Positions 35,695 through 49,250 of a stretch of DNA of 64,000 nucleotides are shown here, one piece after another. Position numbers and translations under genes: made by a program. Position 1 is the stretch's first letter, and each line of letters opens with the position of its first letter. The notes beneath the pieces were generated by a model. It saw only the letters and a list, made by a program, of their open reading frames with translations, was not told the DNA's origin and did not search any database. Source of the DNA: Hypanus sabinus (taxonomy: Eukaryota); assembly GCF_030144855.1 (NCBI RefSeq), contig NC_082717.1:101308001-101372000 (forward strand). Direction: 5' to 3'.

Positions 35695-36450
35695 AAGACC
35701 CTGTCCTGGGCCCAGCATGCAAGGACAATTCTGAAGAAAACACAGTAGCGCCTCTATTTCTTTAGGAGTTAGCGAAGTTTTGGCAGGACATGTTAAACTT
35801 TGACAAACTTCTGCAGATGAGTGGTGAAGAGTATATTGACTGGCTGCATCACAACCTGGTATGGAAACACCAATGCCCTTAAATGGAAAATCCTACAAAA
35901 AGTAATGGATATTTCACAACACATGCCAGTGGTAACAAACCTGATTCTGGATATGACCTGGTCCATCACGGGTAAAGCCCTCACCACCATTGAGCACATC
36001 TATAATGGAGTGTTGCCACAGGAAATCAGCATCCATCATCGGGATTCCCAATGCCCAGACCATGCTCTCTTCTCACTGCTGCCATCAGGAAGAAGGTACA
36101 GGAGCCTCAAGACTCTCATCACCAGGTTCAGGAACAGTTACTACCCCTCAACCACCAGGCTCTGGAACAAAGGGGATAACTTTGAACTGTTCCCACAACC
36201 TATGGGTTCACTTTCAAGGACATTTCATCTCATGTTCTTGATATTTGTTGTTGCTTCTTCTTCTTATTTTTTTCTTTTTGAACTTGCACAGTTTACTGTC
36301 TTTTGCACACTGGTTGTACACCCAGTTGGTGTGATCTTTCATTAATTCTATTATGGATATTGGGTTTATTGATTTAGCCTGCAAGAAAATGGATCTGTGG
36401 GTTGTATAAGGTAACATACATGTACTTTGATAATAAATTTACTTAGAACT
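35695..36450 (+). mobile_element. Rex1/Babar-type LINE 3' fragment
   Basis: SILTGCITTWYGN...HALFSLLPSGRRYRSL..TRFRNSYYP. Confidence 0.82.
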
Positions 36451-38667
36451 TAGCACAGCAGTTAGTGTGTCACCTTACAACACCAGTGATCACTGATTGG
36501 GGTTTAATTCCCTACTCTGTCTGGAAGGAGTTAATACGTTCTCCCTGTGACTGCGTGGGTTTCCTATGGGTCCTCTACTTTCTTCCTGCCTTCTGTAAAG
36601 ATACACGGGTTAGGGTTAGTAAATTGTGGCCATGCACGTTTCAAATAACAATGACATGATCAACTCATTTCACTGTATGCTTCAATGTTTCGAGGCACGT
36701 GTAACAAATAACGCCGATGGTGAATCTGAAGAAAGAAGCATTAAACACCAAACTAGCTTCAGGAGTGTGATTTGCATCAGGATTACTCTGTCACTATCCT
36801 CTGCTCCTGAAATGAAAAGATACATCTTAACCCATAAAATCGATGAGTGTGTGTCTCTCAATATTTCACTTTCTTGTTTATTTAAAATGGGAAATTTTAA
36901 CATACAGTAAGGCAAATTGTATTTAGGGTACAGAACAAGCCCAACTGGCTTCTCCGGCGACCCACCTATTTTAACCCCAACCTAACCACATGATGAATTA
37001 ACCTACTAACCAGTACGTTTTTGGACTGTGGGTCCTGCAGCAGCTGGGGGAAAGCCACGCATTCCACGGGAAGGACACACAAACCATTAACAGAGGGTAA
37101 CGGGACTGAAATCCACACTCTAGACGCCCTGACCTGTAACGGCACCACGCTAACCGCTATGCTACTGTGGCAACAGATCAGCTGGCTCGACTTCTACAAC
37201 CCAGGCAATTCAAAGTAGCAACGTATTTGGATTCCTAGTAAACCTGGTGAGTGGCACATGGTTGGCACAACGCTTTACCACGCCAGATGTAAGATTGCGG
37301 TTCAATTCCCACCGCCAGTGACCACGTGGGCTTCCTCTGGGTTCCCCAGTTTCTTCTGACATTCCAGGTATGCACCAGTGAGTGTTAGTAGGTTCTTCTT
37401 CTTCATAAATCCATTATCATTACTGGGGCACGGGCTGTTGGCAGGTCGCCATGGTCCTCTGTCCTAGGCCAGTCTTTCAAGTAGCCCATCTTCCTGCTGT
37501 ATCCTTCCTCTCCCAGGGATGAGGTCTAGTCCGTAGCTCTGGGTTATTATGGGATGGGCTTCGGACCGTCCATGGTGGAGTTGATTAGTAAGCTGTGGGC
37601 ATGCTATGTTGGCACCGAAACCACGCTGACACTTGCAGGCTGCCCCTCCCAGCACGTCTCAGGCTGTGTTGGACGTTGATGCGTACAACAGCCTTCTCTG
37701 GACGTTTTGATGCGCACACAATGAACTCTACAGTGTGAAGGCAGAGCCGTGGTGAAGCTGGAAGAGCTGCTTTCTTACTGCTCCAGGAACCCGGTTCGAT
37801 CCTGACCCCGGGTGCCTTCTGGCAAAGTCTGCATACTCTCCCTGTTAACACAGTTCCTCCCAAATGTTCCAGCTCCCTCCCATCTCCCAAAGGTGTGTTA
37901 ATTGGTTCTTGGTTAGATCATCCCTTGGCGTAGGCTAACGGTGGAAGGAATCAGAGGGAAATGGATGTAAGTTGTAGAGACTAAGGAGGGGAAACGGAAC
38001 TGAATGCATTGGTTCCTGGGGCCACCATGGGCCTCCAGTGTTGTAATAGATTCAACACAGGGAGGCTGGGAAAGAGTTCTTCCCTCTTTTATATCTGTAG
38101 CCTAACCTCCAGTACCTTGATCTCGCTGTGTCCACCCAAATGCAGGGTTTACCCTCTCATGTTCAGCTTCAGGAAGAATGATTGCATAACACCGTTACCA
38201 CATTCCAGTAGTCATGGCAACAGTAAATACCCTTGCAACACAGACCGTTGGTGCTAGAATGAAGACATACTTCCTCTTGGCCCAAGGTAGCGCAGTATGC
38301 TGAGAACTATGCAAAGAAATGTGACCTTGCTTCAGATGGAGAATTTGGAAGTGTGATGGAGCAATATAACACTAACCGTTTGGTCCAACCACTTAGCTCG
38401 CCACAGTTTCCAATATTTGTCCTTTTCCTCCCAATCATCACCCCTCCATGTACCTGTCAGAGGGCTTCTTAAATGATACTATTGTTCTTGCCTCAACCAC
38501 CTCCTCTGGCTGCTTGTTCCAGATGCTCACCACCCTCTGTGTGAAAAAGTTTTCAGGTTTTCACTCTTTCCCTTCTAGCCATGAATCTATATCCACTGGT
38601 TTTGGACCCCTGACCCTGGGGAAGAACTCTTATCTCCGCCTGTCAGAATTATAATAATTTCTATAAG

Positions 38668-39240
38668 GTAGCAATTACAGCCTTGAGTCTGTGTGGATAG
38701 ATCTCTAACAGCTTTGTGCATCTGGACACTGCAATCTTTCCCTTTTCTTCTTTACAAAACTGCTCAAGTTCTGTCAGGTTGCATGGGGATCATGAGGGAA
38801 CAGCCCTTTTCAAGTCCAGCCACAAATTTCTCAGTTGGATTGAGGGCTGAACTATGATTTAGCCATTCTTGGACATTAACTTCGTTTGTTTTTAAGCCAT
38901 TCCTGTGTAACTTTGGCTTTATGCTTGGACTCACTGTCTTGCTGGAAAACAAATCTTCTCCAAAAACACAGATCTCTTGCAGATGCATCAGGATTTCCCT
39001 GTATTTTGCTGCATTCATTTTACCCTCCACCCTCACAAGCCTTCTAGGGCCTGTGCAGTGAAGCATTCCCACAGCATGATGTAGCCACCACCATGCTTCA
39101 CGGTAGGGATGGTGTGCTTTTGATGATGTGCAGTGCTTGGCTTACACCAGACATGGCATTTAGTCTGATGGCCAGAAAGCTCAGTTTTGGTTTCATCCGA
39201 CCGTAGAACCTTCTTCCAGCTGACTTCACATGCCTTCTGG
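38668..39240 (-). mobile_element. Tc1 transposon internal fragment (same family as 46052-47601)
   Basis: GKMNAAKYREIL; KHGGG.IMLWGCF. Confidence 0.85.
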
Positions 39241-40134
39241 TGTGTGATGCATCAGAGGCACCAGCGGCAGTGGAAGGCAGGCGAAGCACCACCAAACACA
39301 GTGAGTTCTTCCTCCTTGAATGCGGGTCTACTTATTACCTAAACCATAAAATGGAGATAGGGTCTAACAGAGTGGCCATCGTCAGAATGGGGCTCTGACA
39401 GGGAGAGGCTGGGGCCAAAGAGGCTGGTAAGAAGGGTAGGATTTTCCCCTTGGTCTTGGTTGCCCATTGTACAGTGCAGGCAGGATGGCTGATATGGCAG
39501 TGGAATGCTCCTCCTGTAGGATGTGGGAATTCCTGGAACCTGATGGTCTCCCTGATGATCACACCTGCCGGAAGCGCGGCCAACTCCAGCTCCTGAAAGA
39601 CCGCATTAAGGAGCTGGAGCTGGAGCTGGATGAACTGAGGATCATCCGGGAGCCAGAGCAATCGATAGATAACACTTTTGAGCAGGTGGATACACCAAGC
39701 CTGCAGAATTCAGTGAGTAGATGGATGAACAGAGAGAGAGGTAAAGGGAAAAAGAATCCCCCTGTGGCCGTTCCCCTCAGCAACAGGTAAACCCCTTTGC
39801 ATACTGATGAAGGGACTCAGCAAGGCAGCGGCAGCCAAACCAATAGCACTGTGGTCGGCTGTGAAACTCAGAAGAGTGGGAGCAATAGTCATAGGGGACT
39901 CGATAGTTAGGGGGACAGATCAGAGATTCTGCAGCAGCAAAAGAGATGCCGGGATAATGGGTTGCCTCCCGGGTGCTGGGGTCCAGGATGTCTCTGAGCG
40001 GTTGCAGGTGAGCAGCCAGAGGTCGTGGTACACATTGGTACCAATGACGTAGGCAGGAGAGGGGTTGAGGTCCTGTGCAGTACGTTTAGGGAGTTAGGAA
40101 GGAGGCTGAAGAGCAGGACCTCCAAGGTGGTAAT

Positions 40135-40910
40135 AGACAATAGACAATAGGCGCAGAAGTAAACCATTCGGCCCTTCGAGCCTGCACCGCCATTCTGAGA
40201 TCATGGCTGATCATCTACTATCTTTCTTTCTTTTTCAATCTTTTTATTGAATTTCATATATAAAAAAAACATAACATAATGATGAATAGGTTATAAGTGC
40301 ACTAGACTTGAAGTTGAATTAATAATAAGATAACAATATCCTATTAAAATATCAACAAAAAAATAGTACATTAATCAATCAATCAAACCTATAATAATTA
40401 TACATGAAAAAAGAGTAAAAACAATCATCAAAAGAAAAAAAATTACGGGTAATACCAAAAATATTAGGAGATTCACGAATAGCAATGGCTAAAGGTTCTA
40501 ATGCGATATTAAATAATAAAGGACTTAAGGGAGATCATCTACTATCAATACCCGGTTCCTGCCTTGTCCCCATATCCCTTGATTCCCCTATCCATAAGAT
40601 ACCTATCTAGCTCCTTCTTGAAAGCATCCAGAGAATTGGCCTCCACTGCCTTCCAAGGCAGTGCATTCCAGACCCCCACAACTCTGGGAGAAGAAGTTTT
40701 TCCTTAACTCTGTCCTAAATGATCTACCCCTTATTCTCAAACCATGCCATCTGGTACTGGACTCTCCCAGCATCTGGAACATATTTCCTGCCTCTATCTT
40801 GTCCAATCCCTTAATAATCTTATATGTTTCAATCAGATCCCCTCTCAATCTCCTTAATTCCAGCGTGTACAAGCCCAGTCTCTCTAACCTCTCTGTGTAA
40901 GACAGTCCTG
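40135..40910 (-). mobile_element. Young CR1 3' fragment, same subfamily as 56200-60422
   Basis: Near-identical to 59975-60420 (ERLERLGLYTLELRRLRGDLIETYKII). Confidence 0.9.
40223..40532 (-). mobile_element. L1-clade insertion (short RT piece fused to 3' UTR)
   Basis: 14-bp TSD GATCATCTACTATC (40209-40222/40533-40546); PLSPLLFNIALEPLAIAIRES; AATAAA and GAAA-type tail. Confidence 0.85.
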
Positions 40911-41569
40911 GGTGCCACGAGCTAGTAAAGGTCAGAACAGAAAAATAGCACAGACGAATGAGTGGCTGAGGAAATGATGCAGGGGACAGGGTTTCAAGTT
41001 CTTGGATCACTGGAACTTTTTCTGGGGAAGGGTGACCTGTACAAGTGGGACGGGTTGCATCTGAACTGGTGGCGAACCATTATCCTGGGAGGGAGGTTTG
41101 CTAATGCTGTCGGGGAAGGTTTAAACTAGATTTGCAGGGGGTGGGAACCGAAGTGAAGAGGCAGAGGATGGGGCGGTTGGTGCACAAATAGAGACAGTTT
41201 GTAGGGAGTTTGTGAGGAAGGACAAGCAGATGATAGAGCAAAGACGCACTCAGCCAGATGGTTTGAGATGTGTCTATTTTAATACAAGGAGTATCATAAA
41301 CAAGGCGGATGAACTTAGAGCATGGATCAGTATGTGGAACTATGACATTGTGGCCATCACAGAGACTTGGATGTCTCAGGGGCAGGAATGGCTGCTGAGT
41401 GTGCCGGGCTTTAGATGTTTCAACCACAATGACTCAGTAGATAATCCCTCCATGACTTCCTCCTTTTCTACAGCTGTGATACTATCCCAGATTAGCAATG
41501 CCACTTCCCCACCTCTATTGCCTCCCTCCCTGTCCTTTGTGAAGCACATGTGAGCACAATTTAGCAATA

Positions 41570-42790
41570 GTCATTGAGGCAACTCACCCTGCTCTTCCTG
41601 ACTGTCCTTTTGAAGCAGATGGGAATCTTCAAGTGCAGCAGAGAGAGGTGAAGACGACCCTGAGCACTCGACTAGCTGCTTGGGACAGGTTTTTTTTTGT
41701 GTGCTGCCAGGTATAGCATCAGGACCTGATGCCTTGCGAGGGTTCACCCTTTTGAAAGATGCCCTGACGTTGGCCTCTAAGCCAGAGATCACAGGGACAC
41801 CAGACACTGCAGAGTCTTGCATGGACACTTTTTTATTCCCATGTTCAAAGCTTGCATAATGGAGCATCACGGCCTCCTCTGACGTTAGGTTTCACCGTGC
41901 ATGAAGCAAACCCTGTCAGAGCTGACACGATTTCCAATCCATCTCTAACTTCATTCAGGACTGAAATCGAACCTACACCACAGCTTGCACTGGCAACTCA
42001 CTCCACACTCTCACCACCTTCTGAGTGATGACACACCTTCATGTTTCACCTTTCACCCTTAACCCAATGTCTTATACAACTTCCACATAACATTGCTACT
42101 CCTGAACTCAATAGTTTAATTTATGCAGGCTAATATGCCAAAATTTCTCTTTACCACCCTATAAATCTGTGATGCCACTTTCAAAAAATTATAACTCTGT
42201 ATTCCCAGCCCCTTCTTTTCTACCACACTCCTCAGTGCCCCACCATTCACTGTAAAAGTCCTAGCCTGGTTGGTCTTTCTGAAGTGCAACAATTCACACT
42301 TGAACTCATAAATCCCATCTGCCATCCTTCAGCCCATTTTTCCAGGCAATCCAGATCCCAGTACAAGCTTTAAACCCTGCAGTTACAGGCCGCCAATCAA
42401 ACGCCACTAAAACATGGACCCTGAATATGGTCCAGTCCACTGAATCAAAGAAAAGCTGTTAGCGTTCCTCAGCCTCTGTTGACCACACCTTTGTGTGGTC
42501 CATCAAGTGGAAGGTGAAGCCCTTGGACTGAAGCACTGTTTCTGGAGTGCTGGAGGTGAGCCATGTTTCTGTGTAACAAAGCACACAGATGTCCCTCTGC
42601 CACTGCAATTTTGCTCTGAGGTCTTCAGTTTTACTTTCCAGAGACGGTACGTTAGCCAGGAGGATGAAAGGGAGTGGGGGCCTCAGGGCCCTGTGTTCCA
42701 CTTTTACCAGTAGCCTAGTTAAATGGTTGTGGTATCTTAAAGAGAAACTGCCCTCACTTCCTTGGGCGGGCAGCAGTCTGGAATCTGCCA
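41570..42790 (-). mobile_element. Rex1/Babar-type LINE EN and RT fragments interrupted by a CR1 piece (~42000-42370)
   Basis: PLP.ILLANV.SLE.K..DL..DICVLCYTETWL; VRASFKRVNPRKASGPD.IPG. Confidence 0.75.
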
Positions 42791-44463
42791 ATTATAAAGA
42801 TTGACAGATTTTTTAAACATCTTGAAAAAATGTTACTTGTTGAAGTACCTATGGCAGTGGATATAGACTTTGGCTGGAGAAATTGTAAATGGGAATATTT
42901 GATGATTCTATTCAGAGCTGCACAGAATCGCCACTCTCTGGCACCTCCTTGTTGTAAGTTGAAAGATATTTCCGTCTACGGCCTTCTCTAACTGGGCAAT
43001 TTACTCCTTGTCCAGATGATTCTTACATGTTGAGAGACTCTCTGCCTCGACCACCCCTCAGAGATTGCATTCTAGACTCCAAACATCTTTGGGGTGAAAA
43101 CATTCTCAGATCTCTTCTAATGCTCTTATTCCTCACTGTGGAGATACACGTTCTGGGGAAAAAAATTCTTCACTTACTAACTACTGTATGTATTCCCATC
43201 ATCATTTTGTGTATCTCTATCTGGTCTTCCCTTGAATACCTGCTGGTTATTGGCTTTCAATCACAAAAGCAACTGTCTATCATTACTCCTTATCTCCTAT
43301 TACCAAGCCAATTTGCCAATCTGCCTTGGATCACATGGTCTATAACTGTTTGGGACCAGTGTTCCTTGTAGGTCCTTTTCCATTTGAGAGCAAGCAAGCC
43401 TCATCAACAGCATGGCCCAAATCTCGAACTCACCTGGACTCATTATTACTTGCCAGCTTGTGCTCCTCCCACTCCCATACTTTTAAAATTCTGGTTTCTT
43501 GACCTCTTTCTTTCCAGTCCTGGTGAAAGGTTTCAGCCCAAAATGTCGACTATTCATTTCCCTCCATAGATGCTGCCTGGCCCACTGAATTCCTCCAGCA
43601 ACTTGGGTGTTGCTCTAGGTTTCCAGCACCTGCAGATTCGCTTGTGTATCTGTACGGCCCCTGTCAATATAGTTCCCGGTTCAAACATTAGGCAGATAGG
43701 ATCTTCCACTAACAGATCTGTGCTGAACACCTCTGATCAATCCCTGCCTTTCCAAGTATTGATTTAGTCTAACTTGTTTGCATAAGTTTCACTGCACACT
43801 GGCTTCTCAAACTGCAGTAGGCTAGCCTATGAACTGCAAAGACTGCTCTATTTTATTGAAGAGCAAACTTACAAATTAATCTTCTCTTGTCATTAAAATA
43901 GCTCACAGAGAATCTCTTGTTAAAACTTGGATTATACCAGCAGTTGCAACAGGTTAGGCATCATATATTTATCTAATGCTACACTTGTGTGGATTTCAGA
44001 TAACTGAGTGGCTCTGGCCTAATTGCCCCTTGAAGTTGTAACATGAGGTTATTTTGGGTACAAGTTTTTTTGTAGTAATTCCTAAGCGTCGTAACTTTCT
44101 GCCCAGCCTCCTCTAGTATGAGTCATAGCTGCCCCCAGAACATCGACATGAGAGGCTGACATCAGCACTGCTTCAGCGGAGGAGTAAAGGCGAGAAAGTG
44201 GAACAACCCAAATCAAGGATTGTTTATAGACAAACAAGGGTGTGACTCAATAAACCGCCACACTACCACATATCTGACCTCATTGTTTGTAGGACACAAT
44301 ATCAATTATCATGCAATTTAGACAATTCAGATTTCTGAGTTTCATCTCAGAAACTTAATATCAAATTGGATCCCAACATTGATAAATTATAATCCAAAAA
44401 CAAAGTAGAAAGTTGAAAATGTATCAGTTCCTTTGAAATACTGCAATATCTTCCACATATTCA

Positions 44464-46049
44464 CAGTGCCTTGAAAAAGTATTCAACTCCACAATAATTT
44501 TCACATTTTACTAACTCATTTTCTAAATTTAAAATATATCAAAGTTAGATTTTTTGACGTAATCTACAAATCACTGTGCCTGATTATCAAATCAAAAGAA
44601 AAATTCCAAAACCTATCAACAATTTACTGGAATTTAAAAACCAAAATTCTGAAGCTGAAAAAGTATTCGTGCCTTTTGTCATAACTATGCTAACTTTCCT
44701 CAGAGGCAATATATTACCTTGCCAACTCACCCACTTGGTTGATGTAGAAAAGTGGAGGGTAATCTATTTTCATTGAATTCAAAAAAGAAATACTGTAAGT
44801 TCTAACAGTGTGGCAGACTTTCAACAGACCAAACCAAAATGAAGACAAACGAGCATTCAAGGCAAGTCAGGGAAATGATAATAGAGAAGCACAAATATGC
44901 GGAAGGGTACAAGACCATCTCAAAGGCACTGAACAGAGCTCAGTGCAGTCTATCACGAAAAAGTGGAAAAAATATGAAACCACAGCCACACTGCCTGGGT
45001 CAGGACACCCCTCTAAACTTAGTCACTGGAGAAGAATGAACTTGTAAGAGAGGCTACTGTGACTCAGAGAGCCAACAGTCACTCTGAATGAGCTGCAGAA
45101 GTCAGTGGCTGCAAGTGGAGATGAAGGTCATGGCTCCATAGTCTCTAAGGCCTTGCTCAAAATGGGTATTTATGGAAGAGTGGCAAGGAAGAAATCCTGG
45201 CTAAAAGAAACATAACCCTGCCCATAAAGACTTTGTAAAGCATCACTTAGAAGGTGCTGTACAGATGTGGAAGAAGGTCTTGTGATCAGATGAGACTAAA
45301 GTAGAACTTTTTGGCCTGAACACTGAGTGGTACATGTGGCATAAATCTAATACTGTGCATCAGCCAGGTAACAACATCCCTACTGTAAAGTATAGTGGAG
45401 GCAGCATCGTGCTCTGGGATGCTTTTCAGCAGCAGGGCCTGGAAATCTGGTCAGGATGGATGGGAAGATGACTGCTGCTAAATACAGAGAGATCCTGGAT
45501 TAAAAACCTGCAAGCCTCTTCTAGAAAGCTTAAACTAGAGAGGAAGTTTGTCTTTTAGCAGGACAATGATTCCCCCACATGCTGCCAGAGCAACTATGAG
45601 ATGCAGAAAATTAACGACCTTGAGTGGTCCAGTCTGAGTCCTGACATTAACATCTCTGGCAAGACCTCAAGATTGCTGTCCAATGCCACTCCCCAAATAA
45701 CCTGGCACAACTTAAGCAATTTTGCAAGGAAGAATGGGCAAACCTTGCTCCGTCACATTATGCAAAGCTAACAGAGACCTAACTAAAAAGACGACTGGCT
45801 GTAAAAGCTGTGAGAGGTGGTTCAACTGAGTCCTGAGCAAAGAGGGATGAACTGCTGACATTTCAGTTTTTGAGTTTTTTGTTTTATATGCTGTACAATT
45901 TTCCCTATTATTTAGGGTTCTATGGTGGGGAGAAAAAGAAGCATACAATTCACAAATAAAATTTTTTAGTTAATTATTCAAAATCCCTGGTTGTAATACT
46001 CATTTATTTGAACAAAAGGTTGGACACTGAATACTTTTACAAGGAACTG
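44464..46049 (+). mobile_element. Full-length decayed Tc1 (Passport-like) transposon
   Basis: TIRs CAGTGCCTTGAAAAAGTATTCA / TGAATACTTTTACAAGGAACTG; transposase MKTNEHSRQVREMIIEK..GYKTISKALN, SDETK, QDND; disrupted. Confidence 0.93.
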
Positions 46050-46051
46050 TA

Positions 46052-47601
46052 CAGAACCTATAAAAAGTATTCACCCCCACCCCAGGAAGTTTTCATCGAA
46101 TCACAATGGATGTGGTTTGGCTTTTTTCACACTGCTCGACAGAAAAGATTCTTTTGTGTCGAAGAGTAAATGAATTTCTACAAATTGGTTTAAATTTATT
46201 ACAATTATTAAACACAAAACAATTGACTGCATAAGTAATCATCCCCTTCAAGTCAGTATTTAGTAGATGCAGCTTTGGCAGCAATTGCAGCCTTGAGTCT
46301 GTGTGGATAGGGTTGCAGATCAGCTTTGCACATCTGGACACTGCAATGTTCCCCATTCTTCATACAAAACTGCTCAAGTTCTGTTAGACTGCATGGGGAT
46401 TGTGAGTGAGCAGCCTTCTTCTAGTCTAGCCACAAATTCTCAATTGGACTGAGGTCTGGACTCTGACATAGCCACTCCAAGACATTAACTTTGTTGTTTA
46501 TAAGCAATTTCTATGTAGGTTTGGCTTTATACTTGGAGTCATTGACTTAATGAAAAACAAATCTTCTCCCAAGTTGCAGACTGCATCAGGTTTTCATCTA
46601 AGATTTTCCTGTATTTTGCTACATTCATTTTACCCTCTACCTTCACAAGCCTTCCAGGGCCTGCTGCAGTGAAGCATCCCCACAGCATGATGCAGCCACC
46701 ACCATGCTTCATGGCAGGGATGGTGTGTTTTTGATGATGCACAGTATTTGGCTTATACCAAACATAGCTTTTAGCCTGATGGCCAAAAAGTTCAAATTTG
46801 GTTTCATCAGATCATAGAACCTTCTTCCAGCTAACTTCAGAGTCTCCACATACCTTCTGGCAAACTCCAGCCAAGATTTCATCTGAGTTTTTAATCAACA
46901 GTGGCTTTCTCTTTGCCACTCTCCCATAAAGCTGCGACTGGTGAAGCACACAGGCAACAGTTGTTGTATGTACAGTCTCTCCCATCTCAGCCACTAAAGC
47001 TTGTAACTTCTGTGGAGTTGCCATCGGTCTCTTGGTGGCCTCCCTCACTAGTCCCCTTCTGGCACAGTCACTCAGATTTTAAGAATGGCCTACTCTAGGC
47101 AGATTTACACCTGTGGCATATTCTTTCTATTTCTTGATGATTAACTCAACTGTACTCCAAGGAATATTCTGTGACTGTAGTATCCATCTCCTGATTTGTG
47201 CTTTCCAATGAACTTTACACAGAGTTGCCTGGGGTGTTCTTTTGTCTTAATGGTGCGGTTTTTGCCAGGATACTGACTCACCAGCAGTTGGACCTTCCAG
47301 ATACAGGTATATTGAAACACCTTGACTGTACACTAGTGATCTCCATTTAACTAATTTTGTGACTTCTAAAACCAATTGGCTGCACCAACGATGAGTTGGT
47401 GTGTCATATCAAAGGGGGTGAATACTTATGCAATCAATTATTTTGTTTTATATTTGTAATTAATTTAAATCACATTTTAGAGATCGGTTTTCACTTTGAC
47501 AAAAAATAGTGATTTTCTGTTGGCCAATGTCAAAAGAAGCCAAATTAAAACAAAAAAGCATGAAAACTTCTGGGGGGTGGGGGTGGTGACTACTTTTTAT
47601 A
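46052..47601 (-). mobile_element. Second Tc1 (IR/DR-type, Passport-related) transposon, decayed
   Basis: TIR CAGAACCTATAAAAAGTATTCACCCC; inner DRs near 46225 and 47415; REATKRPMAT..LYGRVAKRKPLL, KHGGGCIMLWGCF; right end lacks ~7 bp. Confidence 0.92.
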
Positions 47602-49250
47602 CATCAAGAGCAAGAGGATAACTGGGGAGAGGGTGGGACCACTCACGGATAAAGGGGACATTTGCTTGGATGCAGAGAATGGAAATGAGGTAATGAATAC
47701 TTTGCTTCACTATTTACCAAGGAAAAGGATACGGAGGACCAGGAGATCAGTTCTAAATGTGTAAATACATTAGGAGGTCAAAGAGGAGGAATTGTTGGGA
47801 ACAAAAGCAAATCCTGGAAACTACGGACTGGTGAGTCTCATGTCAGTTGTAGGGAAATTGCTGGAGAAAATTCTCAAGGATAGAATATTTCAGCATTTGG
47901 AAACCCATGGGGAGAGCCAGCATGGCAGGTTGTGTCTTACCAACTTGATTGAGTTTTTTTGACAAGATGACAAGACAGATTGATGAGAATTGGGCAGTGG
48001 ATGTTGCCTACATGGAAGTCCCTCATGGAAGCCCAGGTGGATTGGAGGATACTGGTGGAGATGATGACGGCAGATCAGAGATGGCTGAAGTTTCTGGGAA
48101 TAATTTACAAGGCACAGGATAGATATGTCTCACTGAGGAAAAAGTTCTCAAATGGCAGGGGTAGGCAACCGTGGCTGACAAAGGAAGTTAAGAACTGCAT
48201 AAAAGCCAAGGAAAGGGCATGTAAGATAGCAAAAGTGAGTGGGAAGTTGGATGATTGGGAAGCTTTTAAAATCCAACAAAAGACAACTAAAAAGGCTAGA
48301 AGAAGGGAAAAGATAAAATATGAGGGCAGACTAGCCAATAATATAAAGCAGGATATCAAAAGTTTTTTTCAGTTATATAACGAGTAAAAGGGAGGTGAGC
48401 ATTGATATTGGACCACAGGAAAATGATGCTGGTGAAGTAGTAATGGGGTACAAAAAAATGGCAGATGAAGTTAATGAGTATTTTGCATCAGTCTTCACTG
48501 TGGAAGACACTAGCAGTGTGCCAGTGATCCATGAGTGTTAGGGTGCAGGAGTGAGTGTCATTACTATTACAAAGGAAAAAGTGCTAGGGAAACTGAAAGG
48601 TCTGAAGGTGGATGTCACCTGGACCAAATGGACTACATCCCAGAGTCCTGAGAGAGGTTGCTGAAGAGATAATGGATGCATTGGTCATGATCTTTCAAGC
48701 ATGGTCCCAGAAGACTGGAAATTGCAAATGTCACTCCACCCTTTAAGAAGGGAGGAAGGCAAAAAAAAGGAAATTATTGGCCAGTTAGCCTACCTCAGTG
48801 GTTTGGAAAGTGTTAGAGACTATTATGAAGAATGAGGTTTCAAGGTATTTGGAGACTAATGATAAAATGAGTCAAAGTCAGCATGGTTTCTGTAAAGAGA
48901 AATCTTGCCTGACAAATCTGTTGAGTTCTTTAAGGAAGTAACAAGTAGGGTGGACAAGGGAGAGGCAGTGGACGTCATTTACTTGAATTTTCAGAAGGTG
49001 TTTGATAAGGTGCCGCACATGAGACTGCTTAACAAGATAAAATCCTATGGCATTACAGGAAAGATACTGACATGGATAGAGGAATGAGGGAGCAAATGGG
49101 AATAAAAGAGGCCTTGTCTGGTTGGCTGCCAGTGATTGGTGGTGTTCCTCAGGGGTCAGGTCAGTATTGGGACCACTACTTTTCACACTGTTTGTCAATG
49201 ATTTAGATAATAGAATTGATGGCTTTATGGCAAAGCTTGCAGATGATATT
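47602..49250 (+). mobile_element. Two adjacent decayed CR1 ORF2 fragments
   Basis: GNY..VSL.SVVGKLLE; PWLTKEVK..LANNIKQD.KSFF; LGPLLFTLFVNDLD. Confidence 0.85.

Larger units (their letters stand above)
39245..41545 (+). mobile_element. CR1 5' part (ORF1 Zn-finger/coiled coil/esterase, start of ORF2) with nested insertions
   Basis: VECSSCRMWE...HTC.K..QLQLLKDRIKELELELDEL; IVIGDSIVRG; YFNTRSIINKADEL..AITETW. Confidence 0.9.
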
